Shown: positions 13,216 to 27,044, counted from the stretch's first letter. The stretch is 64,000 bases of DNA from Octopus vulgaris (GCA_951406725.2 OX597822.1:74524001-74588000), one strand, 5' to 3'. Notes: generated by a model from the sequence alone, not told the origin. Made by a program: numbers and translations.

Positions 13216-14591
13216 ATATTCTGTTATTCTTTTATATGTTTCAGCCTTGAGGTTGTGGCCATGCTGGATCGTGTGTGTGTGTGTGTGTGTCTATCTGTCT
13301 GTCTGTCTGTATGTATATGTATGTGTGTGAACAATAATATTTTCAACAGATGTGTTGCAAATGTATCTGATTGTTCTCAAGCTTCAATACTGTGTGTATG
13401 TGTGTGTGTGTATGTATGTATATGTATGTATGTATGTATGTATGTGTGTATGTATGTATGTATGTGTGTGTGTATGTATGTGTGTGTGTGTATGTATGTA
13501 TGTATGTATGAGTGTATGTTTACTTTATTACTAACACAAGCCACTACGGTTATTTAATGTAAAGTCTTCCTCAAATCACTCTCTCGCTATTTACTCTCTT
13601 CCAAGAACATTTTCACTCACTCTTAGCTCTTAGCTTCCCATACATTTTACTCATGTATCTATCAGCATCATAGACAGAATACTTTCAGTTTAGTCTTCCT
13701 CAAATCACTCTGTCGCTATTTACTTTCATTTTATTCGTTGCCCACTGTGTGTGTGCGTTTGCGTGTGGTGTAAACCAGACTAAGAAAAGCATTTGACACA
13801 CACACCAGAATGTGAGTTTTCTGTAAATTTTGCTTAATTGGAGTTTAAATTTTAAAAACTGGACCTGGCATGACGCGATGCATTGTACTCTTAAAAATGC
13901 TAGGTAAATTGTAATTGAAGAAATCCTATATTGTAGATTTGTATAACTCCCAAAGGGAGGCAGATAAAATCTGCCTTTTATAATAAGAGATATATGTATG
14001 TGTGTGTGGTAACCACACTTAGTCACATCAACAAAGGGATGTTGGTTCATGTCCCACACGAAGGGGAAAGCCTACTTATTTCTGTCAAGGGCTTATATGC
14101 CCCATTATTAGACTATTTTCCTTAGTCATTGCATGGTGATCACCATACGCTTGTATAAAAATACTATTATTTACAGGATTGTAAAACACGGCACCGTATT
14201 AGAAAACCATTCACACTGAAAGCATAAGCATATTACTCTTTTACTTGTTTCAGTCATTTGACTGTAGCCATAATGGAACACCGCCTTTAGTTGAGCAAAT
14301 TGACACTAGGACTTATTCTATCAGTCTCTTTTGCCGAACCGCTAAGTTACGGGGACATAAACACACCAGCATCGGTTGTCAAGCGATGTTTTGCGGGGAC
14401 AAATACAAACACACATACATATATACAACGGGCTTCTTTCAGTTTCCATCACCCAAATTCACTCAAGGCTTTGGTCAGCCTGAAGCTATAGTAGAAGACA
14501 CTTCCCTAAGGTGCCACACTGTGGGACTGAACCCGGAACCATGTGGTTCGTAATCAAGCTACTTACCACACAGTCACTCCTATATATATAC

Positions 14592-14636
<45 letters not shown>

Positions 14637-15038
14637 TAAATAAATGGAGTTGACTTATACAAATTACTGCACATTAACCCGGAGTTTCTACCTTTGGATA
14701 GGTCACTACATCCTTGTTACTTGTATGAATTTTGCTACCCTGGTAACTGTTTATTGAATTTTCCATGTTAATGGTAAACAAAGGATAATTCATTCATCCA
14801 TTTATATATATATATATGCTGAGGAATTAATCCCAAAACCATGTGTTTAGGAAACTAGAGCTACTTAACCACAGAGCCACGCTAACACCTATACATTAAT
14901 AAAATGTCTCAACAATCTGTTTGTATTGCCAATTCCGTATAATATACGCAATTATTCGGGGGTGGGGTTGTTAACCAAATATTTAGAAGCTTCTGTATTT
15001 AAGTTCCTTGGCAGACAGATGAATTAGTGGACGGATGA

Positions 15039-15200
<162 letters not shown>

Positions 15201-15220
15201 TAAGTATCTGTCTTCCTCTC

Positions 15221-15259
<39 letters not shown>

Positions 15260-15757
15260 GTGAAGTGAAAGGACTCAACTACTGGCCACATTGTTTTGCA
15301 TTTAAAAAGTTTTAATGCATCTACTGAGTGGTTGGTGTTAGGAAGGGCATCCAGCTGTAAAAATCCTTTTCTACTCTAGGCCCGAAATTTTGGAGGCAGT
15401 CAATTAGATCAACTCCGGTATGCAACTGGTACTTAATTTATTGACCCTGGGAAGAGGAAAGGCAAAGTCGACCTTGGTGGAATTTGAACTCAGAACGTAA
15501 AGTCAGATAAAATACTGCTAAGCATTTCACCCAGCATGCTAACGTTTCTGCCAGCTCACCGCCTTAAGCTGTAAAAGTCCTGCCAAAACAATCACAGGAG
15601 TCTGGTGCAGGCTCCTGTCAAACCATCCCACCCATACAAGCATGAATAGCGGACATTAAATTATGATATATCAAGACACCTATTGTGTTGTTTCTCTTGG
15701 ACAAAATACAAGAATTCTGCTTACTCCATTTTCATCCATGCTGGGCATAGCTTGGAC

Positions 15758-16040
15758 AGTTCTATATTTAAGAGACAAGGAATTATGTACATTATTTACA
15801 TTTGATGGGCATATGGCATGGTTAAGAGCACGGGCTGCTAACTCCAAGATTCCGAGTTCAATTCCAGGCAGTGACCTGAATAATAATAATAATAATAACA
15901 TCAAAAAATACCTTAGGAATGAGAACCCAGGTTCGAAATTTCCCCAAGACACCTGAAGAAGGCTGGAGGGTATATCAGCCGAAACGTGTTAACAACAAAC
16001 AAGATAAGAACAAATATCTGTCAAATGTAAATAATGTATA
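15758..16040 (+). mobile_element. tRNA-head/hammerhead element with inverted 5' tail (DHFR intron 3)
   Basis: Same family as 43770; the HHR at 15948-15990 lacks the GTT cleavage triplet. Confidence 0.75.
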
Positions 16041-16917
16041 GGTTGGACAGTTTGATAGGGGCTGGCCAGCTGTAGAACTGCACCATCTGTTTTGGCATGG
16101 TTTCTATAGCTGGATGTCCTTTCTAATACCAACCACTTTACAGAGTGTACTGGGTGCTTTTTATGTGGCGCAGACATGGACATATCTTGTGTAGCACCAG
16201 CACAGCTACTGTTCACATAGTGCCAGCATATGTGCTTTTGATGTGGCACCAGCACCAGTAGATGTAGATTTTTTAGAAGAGGGAGAAATGGTAAATGTGT
16301 GTTGTTTGCACCTTTTGGGTGGGGTGAAGGAATATATATGCCACAGAATCCAGGAGACTAGTCCTATGAGTCTAGGGCTCAGGATGGAAGATTGTTGGTC
16401 CTTTTTTTGTACTATTTCCAAGCAACGTTATTAAATTGAAAATTCCTCAAAAAATTAAGAATCATAGGTAAACAGGCACAGGCATGGCTGTGTGGTAAGA
16501 AGCTTGCTCTCCTGCCATATGGTTTCAGGTTCAGTTCCACTGCATGACATCTTGGGCAAGTGTCTTCTATAGCTTTGGGTTGACTAAAGCCTTGTAAGTG
16601 GATTTGGTTGATGGAAACTGAAAGAAGCCCATCATGTAGATATGTATGTGTGTGTCTGTTTGTCTCCCCCCACCATCACCACTTGACAACCGGTGTTTGT
16701 GTGTTTACATCCCCATAACTTAACGGTTCAGTGAAAGAATTCCTAGGGTCGATTTGTTTGACTAAAACCCTCCATAAAACAATAAAAGTTGATTTGACCG
16801 TTTCCTGAAAACTTGTCTTATTTTGTATAGAACTTGTTTCCCTAAACTTCCTATAGAAATTTATTCACATCTTACTCACCTTTCATTTTCTCTCTCCCTT
16901 TTTTATTCTTCTTCTAG

Positions 16918-17041
16918 CAATGCTCCTGAAGGAGCTCACCTTGCCAGAGATTTAAAAGAAGCTATCGATTTATTCCAAAATGGTTCCATCAAAGATAAAG
17001 TGAACAAGCTTTTTATTATTGGTGGCAGCGGAGTGTACCAA
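16918..17041 (+). CDS. DHFR: DHFR exon 4 (124 nt, NAPEGAHLARDLKEAIDLFQNGSIKDKVNKLFIIGGSGVYQ)
   Basis: FIIGG..VY motif; long pyrimidine tract plus TAG acceptor; GTAAGT donor. Confidence 0.97.
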
Positions 17042-17524
17042 GTAAGTTCCAGATCTTTGGTTTACTTCCTTGTTTTGCTTTCTTTGTTACCTTTATGGCC
17101 TGAAACTGATAGTCAGATCCCAATTACCAACATCTTTAAAACATTATCAGGCGTGGCTGTGTGGTAAAAAGCTTGCTTCTCAACCACATGGTTCCCGGTT
17201 CAGTCTCACTGCTTGACACCTTGGGCAAGCGTCTTCTATTATAGACAATAGTGGGTGGCAAAAATGGATGGATGGATGTTAATATTTAGAACCCTTTTGA
17301 GGAGGTGCCTGAGGACTCTACCCCCAAGGCCCACGGAGGAATAGTGGGTGGGAAAAATAGGTTAACTTTGCTTTGCATCCTTCTGTATTAAAATAAGAAC
17401 CTGTCAGTATAATCAATGATATCCATCACCTAAATTTAAAGTGTACTGCTTATTTTACAAATTATTTAGATGTGTCGGCTAGGATAACAAATGTCTTCAT
17501 ATTTTTGCTTTTCATTTTCTCTAG

Positions 17525-17640
17525 GAAGTTCTCGAATCAAACTACGACATCCGACTTTATCTCACCAGAATACATGCAGACTTCGATGTTGATGTGTTTT
17601 TCCCAGAGTTCGAATCCAAACAATACAAGGAACTCAACAA
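17525..17640 (+). CDS. DHFR: DHFR exon 5 (116 nt, EVLESNYDIRLYLTRIHADFDVDVFFPEFESKQYKELN)
   Basis: LYLTRI...F..D.FFP motif; CTAG acceptor and GTAAAA donor. Confidence 0.96.
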
Positions 17641-17824
17641 GTAAAAATTTTAATTATTACAGGAGAAATTCCACCAAATTAATATTTGTCAGCGTCATCA
17701 TTACAGAGAATTAAATGAGATTATTAGGACAAGATCCTTAAGATTTCTGTGATGGTGCCTAAGCTAATATAAGTTAATTGAAACAAAGTTAATGAATGTG
17801 GAGGGCAGTCTTAGATTTTTACAT

Positions 17825-18440
17825 TTGACCCTTTTGCTACTGTATTTCTGTTGGGATGCTCTGTGTTTCTTTCAATTAATTTTAAATATAACAAAGAGTT
17901 TAGTAAAATAACTTAGTTACCGTTAAGCTGGTGTTAGGAACTTAAATTGTGACTAAGGTTTGGTGGAAGATTTTAATTCAAAACATGAAAACCAGGCATT
18001 TGTACCACAGAACCAGAGCCGGTTTCAGCCAGGTCGGTATCAAAAGGGTTAAGAATATTGTTTCTCTATTATATATTTTAACCCTTTTGTTACCATATTT
18101 CTGTTGAGGTGCTCTGTGTTTCTTTCAATTGATTTGAAAACAAGACATTTGTACCACAGAGCCAGAGCCAGTATCAAAAGGGTTAGGAATATGTTTCTCT
18201 ATTATATATTTTAACCCTTTTGTTACCATATTTCCGTTGAGGTGCTCTGTGTTTCTTTCAATTAATTTTAAATATAACAAAGAATTTAGTAAAATAACAT
18301 AGTTATCATTAAGCAAGTGTTAGGAACATAAATTGTGACTAAGGTTTGGTGGAAGATTTTAATTAAAAAACTTATGAAAACAAGACATTAGTACTACAGA
18401 GCTGGAGGTGGTTTCAGCCAGGTTGGTATCGAAAGTCTTA
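17825..18440. mobile_element. Tandem array of TTAACCCTTT...AAAGGGTTAA piggyBac-like MITE units (also 28874-29270, 45833-46313, 63940-end)
   Basis: Repeated ~220-bp units with CCCTTT/AAAGGG termini, TTAA flanks and a shared spacer. Confidence 0.75.
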
Positions 18441-18999
18441 ATGCCATACATACAGGCATCTCTTTTATGGCTATGCCCCTCACTCCCTCTCTTAGCCAAA
18501 AGGTCTTCCCCTTGCAGGCTCACATATGCTGGTGCCACATAGAAAATCACTTGTGTGCTGGTACCATGTAGAAAGCGCTCATGCCAGTACCACACGAAAG
18601 CATTCTGTAGTGCAACAACGTTCTTATTACATCATTTACATTCTAACTTCAAATTATGCTGCAATCAATTTTGCCTTTCAACCTTATGAGATCAGTGGAA
18701 TACAGTACCAGTAAAATACTAGGGATCAATGTAATCGCCTATATAGTTTCCCTAAATTTCTGGCCTTGCATCTACATCAGAAATTTGTATTGTGGTTAAG
18801 GAGAAATTTAGGTTGTGGAGAATGAGGCTGAAGGGACTAAAAACAGTTACTTTGCCTCATCAGTCAAATCCTCAATAACTTCCTTCAAGATCCTCTTAGA
18901 AAGAATAATGAAAAGTGAAGGGTGATGTGCTGTCTTCCAATAAATTTGCTAAAAAAGTGAGCAACTGTGGTGAAAATGCCAAGAGTGAATAGGAAAACA

Positions 19000-19437
19000 A
19001 CAGTTCTATATTTAAGAATTGAGGAATTATGTACATCATTTACATTTGATGGATATTTGTCCTCATCTTGTTTGTTGTTAACACAACGTTTCAGCTGATA
19101 TACCCTCCAGCCTTCATCAAGTGTCTTGGGGAAATTTCGAACCTGGGTTCTCATTCCTAAGGTATTTTTTAATGTTAGCGTTAGTATTATTGTTGTTGTT
19201 GTTATTATTATCATTATTGTTGTTGTTGTTATCATCATCATTCAGGTCACTACTTGGAATTGAACTCGGAATCTTGGGGTTAGTAACCTGTGCTCTTAAC
19301 TACATAACCTTAGGAATGAGAACCCAGGTTCGAAAAATTTCCCCTGGGGCACTTGATGAAGGCTGGAGGGTATATCAGCCGAAACGTTGTGTTAACAACA
19401 AACAAGATGAGGACAAATATCCATCAAATGTAAATAA
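19000..19437. mobile_element. Inverted pair of tRNA-head/hammerhead elements (DHFR intron 5)
   Basis: HHR(-) 19080-19125 and HHR(+) 19348-19393, both with a TTGATGA core. Confidence 0.75.
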
Positions 19438-20471
19438 GGGAAGCAACAGTTGGAAATGATCTCTTGGTCCTGGTGGTGAAGGTGATCGTAGATCATGAGG
19501 ATCTCCCTATTTGCTCTCATTAGAGGGGCTCCTCCTGTACAAGAAAAAAATCTGCGTTATTATTTATTTGTATAGCATGTATAGTTTTTGAGGGTGTGGG
19601 CTGTTGGTTAGAGTGTCCTTGAGCAAAGCACTTCATCTCATGTTATTCTCTGATCACTTCAACATCTGGCATGTGGCACACCATGCACCAAGTGAGCAAA
19701 TGTAGAACACAATCATTTCACCACTATTAACGAATTGTGTGCACAGGTCATTTGATAAGAAATTGCTGAACCCTAATCTGTCATCTAGAACAGGAGTCTC
19801 CATGAGTTATTTCAATCATTCCCTCCTCACATCTCTTTTTTGTTTTTTTTTGTGTAATCCTAGGAGTGGCTGGTTGGTAAGTAGCTCGCTTACAATCACA
19901 TGGTTCTGGGTTCAGTCCCACTGCATGATACTTTGGGCAAGTGTCTTCTGTTATAGTCTCGGGCCAACCAAAGCCTTGTGAGTGGATTTGGCAGACGGAA
20001 ACTGAAAGAAGCCTGTCGTATATATGTATATGTTTGTATGTCTGTGTTTGTCCCCCCCAACATCGCTTGACAACCGATGCTGGTGTGTTTACGTCCCCTT
20101 AACTTAGTGGTTCGGCAAACGAGACCGATAGAATAAGTTCTGGGGTCGATTTGCTCGACTAAAGGCGGTGCTCCAGCATGGCCATGTCATATGACTGAAA
20201 CAAGTAAAAGTGAATCCCCTTCATCCTTTATGTAACCTGATTTCATTATATTTCACTCATTAAGCAACTGTGTTACAAATAAAAAAAATTTTTTTCCTTT
20301 TTGAATTTATTCCCTTTTGGAAAAGTGGACGTCAAGGCTCATAGCCTCCAGATCCACTGGTCCAAAACTGAATTATTTCATGTTCTCTCAAAAGTTTATA
20401 AAATTCTACTAATGTCAATTATTTTGTTTTTAAATCCTAAAAAAATAACTATTTGTTGTTTATGCTTCTAG

Positions 20472-20547
20472 TGTTGAAGATGTTCCAAGTGAAGAACAAG
20501 AGGAAAATGGTACTAAATGGACCTACCATGTGTATGAAAGATGCTAA
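20472..20547 (+). CDS. DHFR: DHFR exon 6 (76 nt to stop, NVEDVPSEEQEENGTKWTYHVYERC*)
   Basis: EENG..W.Y.VYE C-terminal motif; CTAG acceptor; TAA at 20545-20547. The spliced CDS totals 558 nt (185 aa) and stays open throughout. Confidence 0.95.
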
Positions 20548-20596
20548 CCTTTCTTCCACTAAATTGACAATATTGAGATTTGTATCTATCATTACC

Positions 20597-20602
20597 AATA
20601 AA
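20597..20602 (+). terminator. Candidate DHFR polyadenylation signal AATAAA
   Basis: AATAAA 50 nt after the stop codon, followed by a GT/T-rich tract (tgttgtttttgttgctgtt). Confidence 0.6.
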
Positions 20603-20643
20603 CAACTTCATTGCTCTGCTGTTGTTTTTGTTGCTGTTATTGC

Positions 20644-20845
20644 TACGAGGAGGTGCTGGAAAGTTCTTGGCATTGGCTAAAAGAAACTGCGGGAGGATCA
20701 GATTCACACAATTTCTCCTAACCATTTATTGCAGCGGTCCTTCAGTTTTTCTAAGCCCTGTAAAAGAACTCGGAATGTTGAGCCTCCAACCAGGCCATTC
20801 GCAATACCCTCAAAGCCAGGAACTTTTCGATGCCCCACCCCTCAT
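20644..20845. mobile_element. Mariner-like MITE (second copy 53712-53928)
   Basis: TIR GGGGTGCTGAAAAGTTCCTGGC / GCCAGGAACTTTTCAGCACCCC; the two copies share their internal sequence. Confidence 0.75.
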
Positions 20846-20959
20846 GAAATGATAATAGAGCACTTGACTTAATATTTAATATTCTGTCTCGGGTTAAAAT
20901 CCAGGTGGGGTTGTGCTACAGAAGTTTTGATACGAAATACATATTTGTACTTACGTGAT

Positions 20960-21990
20960 GCATCATCATCATCATCATTTAACATCCGTTGTCCATGCTG
21001 GCATGGGTTGGACGGTTTGACCAGAGCTGGGTAGTTGCACCAGAATCCAGTCTGATTTGGCACGGTTTCTACAGCTGGATGCTCTTCATTAACACCAACC
21101 ACTTTACAGAGTGTACTGGGGGCTTTTACATGACACCACATGGGTGCTTTTACGTGACACCACTTGGATACTTTTATATGGTGCTGCCACAAGTGCTTTA
21201 CACCACCAGAGGGACTGGTTTTAACACTTCTGCTGTGGAGTATGGGTTTTTTGAGTACTGCAAGGCACCAGACATCTCGGTCCTTTGTCAGCTCATCTGA
21301 AAGGTTCAGCGTCCTGAGGTCATTCTTCAGTACTTCATCCCATATATTCCATGTACCTTGAGAGATCAGCACTTCTTTATGGAGTTGTTGGCAGCCATCT
21401 GCATCACTTGACCGAACCAGTGCAGTCTTCTCTCTTGCACACAGCAACTTAATCCTCTTATGCCTAACTCCTCTCTCTCTCTCTAAAAATACTGGCACTC
21501 TGTCAAACATGAACACTTACATTACACATCCAGCAGAGCATACTAGCCTCATTCCTTACTAACTTTTGCATGTCCTCTCTACTCGGGGCCCATGTCTCAT
21601 CACCATGTAGAATTGCTGTCCTTATACATGCATAATTCCTTTCACTTGGTGAGAGAAACCTTTCATGGCCAACAGACGTAGCAACTCTGAATTTCCTCCA
21701 GCATGAGAGCCAGTCAGGGGGTACCGGCATTGGCCATGTTTGGATAGTGCTTTTAGGTAGCAGAAATTATCTACTACCTCTAATGATCCACCAGGACATT
21801 TGAGAGAATCAATTTCCCAAGTCTCTAAAGTTTTAATGGATCTTGTGCGTCTTCCACTTGGGAAAACTATCTTCTCTTATAACTTTCCTATTAATCCACT
21901 GCACCTCTTGTGTGTCCATAACTTACACTCGGTACACCGTTTGGCACTCCTGCCTATGCCTTTCCTACAAATCGAACAGGGTCACCTATG
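20960..21990 (-). mobile_element. Fragmented RTE LINE of the same family
   Basis: ACIRTAILHGDETWA and WDEVLKNDLRTLNL fragments plus a 3' tail ending in (ATG)n. Confidence 0.8.
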
Positions 21991-24229
21991 CATAAGTTTC
22001 CACTAGTTCAACCACTACTGACTTCACCCCTCACTTTTGCACAAACTAGTGAGATTAATGCATTCAGTACACAGCCTGAACATCAGCAGGTTGATATTTT
22101 GTTAGAAAAACACAGGAAATGAACCAGGTATGAATGCTTGCAATAAAGTCACATAAGTAGTTCCATTTCTCTAAAACTTTTGGTTTCGATGTGTATATAA
22201 ACAGATTGGTTGCTTGCTTTCCTGTGATGTTTGCTCATCATCAGTCTGGAGTAGACTGATGATGACCAATGGCTCTGAAATTAATCTCTGGATGCTAGCT
22301 TTGCTAAGTGGAGGTGCTTGTCTACACTTTGAAGACATAAGGACACAGGAAATGTGTCGTGTCCAACAGCAAACGGTGTTTCCTAGGGCTAAATAGCAGT
22401 AGCATTCTTCCCTTTCATGGGACTTTCACATTGACAACATACTATCACTTTAAATATTATCTTGTTTGGGAACAGATGAGTGTTGGGGCAAGGAGAGCAT
22501 CTGACCATAGAAATTCAGCTTCAACATATTCTGTCTGACCCACGCAAACATCAAAAAGCGGGCATTAAATTATGACGATGATGATGATGATGATCTTGGT
22601 TGAAAGAGATAAAAAGGAGTGGTTTGTGCATGAGGACAGAAAAAAGTTAGAAAAGGGAAGTGGAAAAAAATTATCTTGTTCAATATTTTGTACAGAAAGA
22701 TCAAGTTTCTTATCTTTCATTCCTCTCTACTCAAGAAATTGCAATTGAGTTCAGCCTGATATTCTGGATCTAAGAGGTTTGGCATCCTGTTTTCAAGTGA
22801 GTAAGCATGTTGTATTCATGATTTGAATATAAATTGGGTTTCAAATGTCTGTTCATCATCATCATCATCATGATCGTTGTTTAATGTATTTTCCATGCTG
22901 GCATGGCTTGGATGGTTTTTACTCGGGACTGTCAAGCCAGTAGGCTGCACCAGACTCCAATCTGATCTGGCAATGTTTCTACAGCTGGATGCCCTTCCTA
23001 ATGCCAACCACTCCGAGAGTGTAGTGAGTACTTTTTACATGCCACTGGTACAGGAGCCAGTCAGGCAAGCCTGGCATCAATCACATTTGAATCGTGCTTT
23101 TTATGTGCCACTAGCACAAGAGCCAGTCAGGGGGTACTAGCATCGGCCATGTTTGGATAGTGCTTTTTACATGCCACTGGCACAGGAGCCAGTCAGGCGG
23201 ACCTGGCATTGACTGCATTTGGATGGTGCTTTTTATGTGCCACCATCACTGTAGCCAGTCAGGTGGACTTGGCATTGACCACATTTGGATGGTGCTTTTT
23301 ATGTGCCACCAGCACAGGAGCCAATCAGGTGGGCCTGATATTGACTGCATTTGGATGGTGCTTTTTACTTGCCACCAGCACAGGAGGCACTGGCCACAGC
23401 TACGATATTGGTTTTACTTGACTCGACATCTTCTCAAGCATATCATATCGCACAATGCATCAGGGGTACCTTGTATACCATGGAGAATTTCGTTAATATG
23501 GATTGAATGAATATATACATTGGCCCTTGAATTTGTTTTCTCCTCTCCTTAATTTTATATGTATATGTATATTACATATTCCTACTTAAGTCTGTCATAA
23601 GTTTTGTTTATAGAAAATAAGATACTTTTTGCCTTTGTCCAAGAACACAAAGGTAAACATTCTTCTTCACAAATGACTAACTGAGATACTTCATAATGCC
23701 ACATCAGAAATTCCTGTCTCTTTGGAATGTCCTCAATCTCATGTTGTGCATCTCTGCCTCTAGTATCAGTTATCTTTTAACATTTAAATTGGTCACGTCC
23801 TGCTGAAATATCCAACCTGTTTTATGTTCAAACAGGCTAGATCTGGCCATTTACACTACCCCTAAGTCATTCTAAAAATTTTTTTAAAATACATCATCAA
23901 AATCTCAAAGCAGCAAAATATTCTATAATTAAATCAAAACAAAATGTTTAGATAAGAACTGCATTTAATAGAATAATCTGAATTTTAAAGGGTCAACTAT
24001 TCTTCATTTCCCTCCATTCCTTTTTTTTTTTTTTTTTTTTTTTTTATTCAGAGTGGTAGTCTCCATGATATAATAATTTATATGGCATCTCTACCACTAA
24101 CATTCTTTCTATGAGAGTAGAAATTTCTTGGATATAATTGACATGGTGTCTCTGACAACAGGATTAACTGAGTGATCCTCATCCTGCTTTAGGCTGTGGA
24201 AGTCTCCAGAATAAACAACTTTATGGCTT

Positions 24230-24520
24230 TATTTACATTTGATGGATATTTGTCCTCATCTTGTTTGCTGTAAACACAATGTTTCAGCTGATATACCCTC
24301 CAGCCTTCATCAGGTGTCTTGGGGAAATTTTAAACTTGGGTTCTCATTCCTAAGGTATTTTTCGATGTTGTTGTTATTATTAAATGAGAACTCAGGTTCG
24401 AAACTTCCCCAAGACACCTGAAGAAGGCTGGAGGGTATATCAGCTGAAATGTTGTGTTAACAAGATGAGGACAAATATCCGTCAAATGTAAATAATGTAC
24501 ATAATTCCTCATCTCTTAAA
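24230..24520. mobile_element. Inverted pair of the same hammerhead element, head deleted
   Basis: HHR(-) 24273-24318 (CTGATGA core) and HHR(+) 24413-24458 (CTGAAGA core). Confidence 0.75.
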
Positions 24521-25173
24521 CTTTATGGCTTGTCATTCATCATGGTTGCAGTGGCCATGAAGGCTTACCCTGTTTTGAGCAACAATAGCAGGGATAGGTG
24601 GAATGTGTCCATAAATCTCTCTGGTTCTTAAAAATTGTTACAGCTGTAGGCTTAAACTTTTTTAGAAACTGCTTGACAATAAATATTGAATGCTTAGATT
24701 AGTAATTGTAGAAACCTAGGGAATGTGATTAGAATCAAGTTCTTATATTACATTTGAGTATTACCTTACCTTAAATTGAACAGGACAGTCTTAGGTTGTA
24801 CTGAACCTGCCCATCATCATTTCAACATCCATTTTTCTATACTGCCATAGGTGAAATGGAGTTTATTGAGGCAAACTTTGTACAGATGGATGCCCTTTCT
24901 GTCACAAACCTTCACCAGTTTCCAAACAAGCTAAAATTTCTCCATGGCCAAACATGTTCTTCCAGAAGACTGGAAATGATGTCACTGCTTGTATAACAGT
25001 GACACTCATTTACAACTATCATGTGATGTCAAGACAAGGAGAGAGAGACACACACACATAATTACAATAGAGTTACTAAGACTTTTATTTATCTCTCACT
25101 GAATGGAGCACTATTTTTGTTGATTCTACACTTAATGCATCTATATACATGTGTGTGTGTGTATACATATATA

Positions 25174-25912
25174 TCATCATCATCATCATCATTTAGCGTC
25201 CGCTTTCCATGCTAGCATTAGTTGGACGGTTCAACTGGGGTCTGTGAAGCCAGAAGGCTGCATCAGGCCCAGTCTGATCTGGCAGTGTTTCTACGGCTGG
25301 ATGCCCTTCCTAACGCTAACCACTCCGTGAATGCAGTGGGTGCTTTTTACGTGCCACCGGCACGGGGGCCAGGCGAGGCTGGCAACGGCCACGAACGGAT
25401 GGTGCTTTTACATGCCACCGGCACGGGGGCCAGGCGAGGCTGGCAACGGCCACGAATGGATGGTGCTACGTGCCACCGGCACAGGGGCCAGGCGAAGCTG
25501 GCAACGGCCACGAACGGATGCTGCTTTTTACGCGCCACCAGCATGGAGGCCAGTCGGGGCGGCGCTGGCAACGGCCACGATCGGATGGTTCGCTTACTTG
25601 TCACCGGCACTGGTATCACAGCTGCAATTTCCATTTATGTTGATTGACTTCCATTTTGGTTCTGATTTCTGATTTGATTTGGTTTGATTTTCACTTGCCT
25701 CAACGGGTCTTCACAAGTGGAGTTTTGTGTCCCAAGAAGGAAAGGTATGTATAAGTCAACTGGCTACATACCAGGTAGAGGCCACGGATTATGGTCTCAC
25801 TAGTCTTGCCGGGTCTTCTCACGCACAGCATACTTCCATAGGTCTCGGTCTCTAGTCATTTCCTTGGTGAGACCTAAAGTTCGAAGGTCGTGCTTCACCA
25901 CCTCGTCCCAGT
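25174..25912 (-). mobile_element. RTE LINE 3' end with ~60-bp tandem subrepeats
   Basis: WDEVVKHDLRTLGL codons at the 5' end; four to five units of GGTGCTTTTTACGTGCCACCGGCAC...; (ATG)n tail. Confidence 0.8.
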
Positions 25913-27044
25913 TATATAGTTAATAATTTAATGGTGTGAAACCTTGGGTAACTCTATATAAAATTTTGTTGTAATACATATATATATACACACATACATA
26001 TATATATATATATAAATATCGGTTCATTACAGCTGTTTCTAACGCATTTTTAACAGATGAATGAGTACATTACACCATTGCAAAAAAAACGTTTTCTTCA
26101 GATCATACATAGAATTTCAAAACAATAGAACAATCCATAAAAGCAGTGGGAACATGCCTAGCAGCCAGCCAAGGTTGTCCTTGAATCACACACACACACA
26201 CACACACACAATGGGCTTCTTACAGTTTCTGTTAACCAAATCCATTCACGAGGCTTTGGTCAGCCTAGAGCTATGGTGGGAGATATTTGCCCGGGGTGCC
26301 ACACAATGGCACAAAACCATGTGGTTGGGAAGCAAACTTCTTAACTACACAGCAATGTTTGCTCATTGACGTTTTTTTCACATATTGTATGTCAAGGGCC
26401 TGAAATTTAATATAGCATTATCTATATGTAATCTTAATGAGCTTGATTTAATAACTGATGTTGTAATCATTGATATAAATATGCAAGTGAGGATTATCTT
26501 CTATATAAACAAACTAAATTCTCTGAGATAACTAATCTTTGCCCTGTTATATCATTATCATGACAAAATCATAAGACTGATATTTTTTGTTTAAACTTAT
26601 AACTAATAAAACCGAGACCAGCTCAAGGCCACTTTCCTCTACAGCTGTATTGACTCAAATACCTGAGGGATATTTGCCAAGCCCCACCTAAAGTGGTGGC
26701 TTGTCATCAATGAGGGAACAGGCATCAAAGACGCAAAGAGAAACTTGCAATTCGTTGTCCCCTACCAATTTTTTACGGTGATAAATCCCCCTGGCTCATA
26801 CTACCTTTGGCCTGAACTGCCACATCAGGCACTGACACCTTTTGCAGTCATCAGGATGAACTGGCTCAGTTGCTCACAATAGGCGCAGGAGTGGCTGTGT
26901 GGTATGTACCTTGCTTACCAACCACATGGTTCTGAGCTCAGTCCCACTGTGTGGCACCTTGGGCAATTTTTTTCTACTATAGCCTCGGGCTGACCAAAGC
27001 ATTGTGAGAGGATTTGGTAGACGGAAACTGAAAGAAGCCTGTCG

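Noticed and set aside
20869-21516. 215-aa minus-strand ORF
   Set aside because: Chimeric read-through of RTE fragments and the repeat tail; not an independent gene.
22690-22806. AG...GTAAG-bounded segment downstream of DHFR
   Set aside because: No recognisable coding similarity, and DHFR is already complete; could be chance splice-like motifs.
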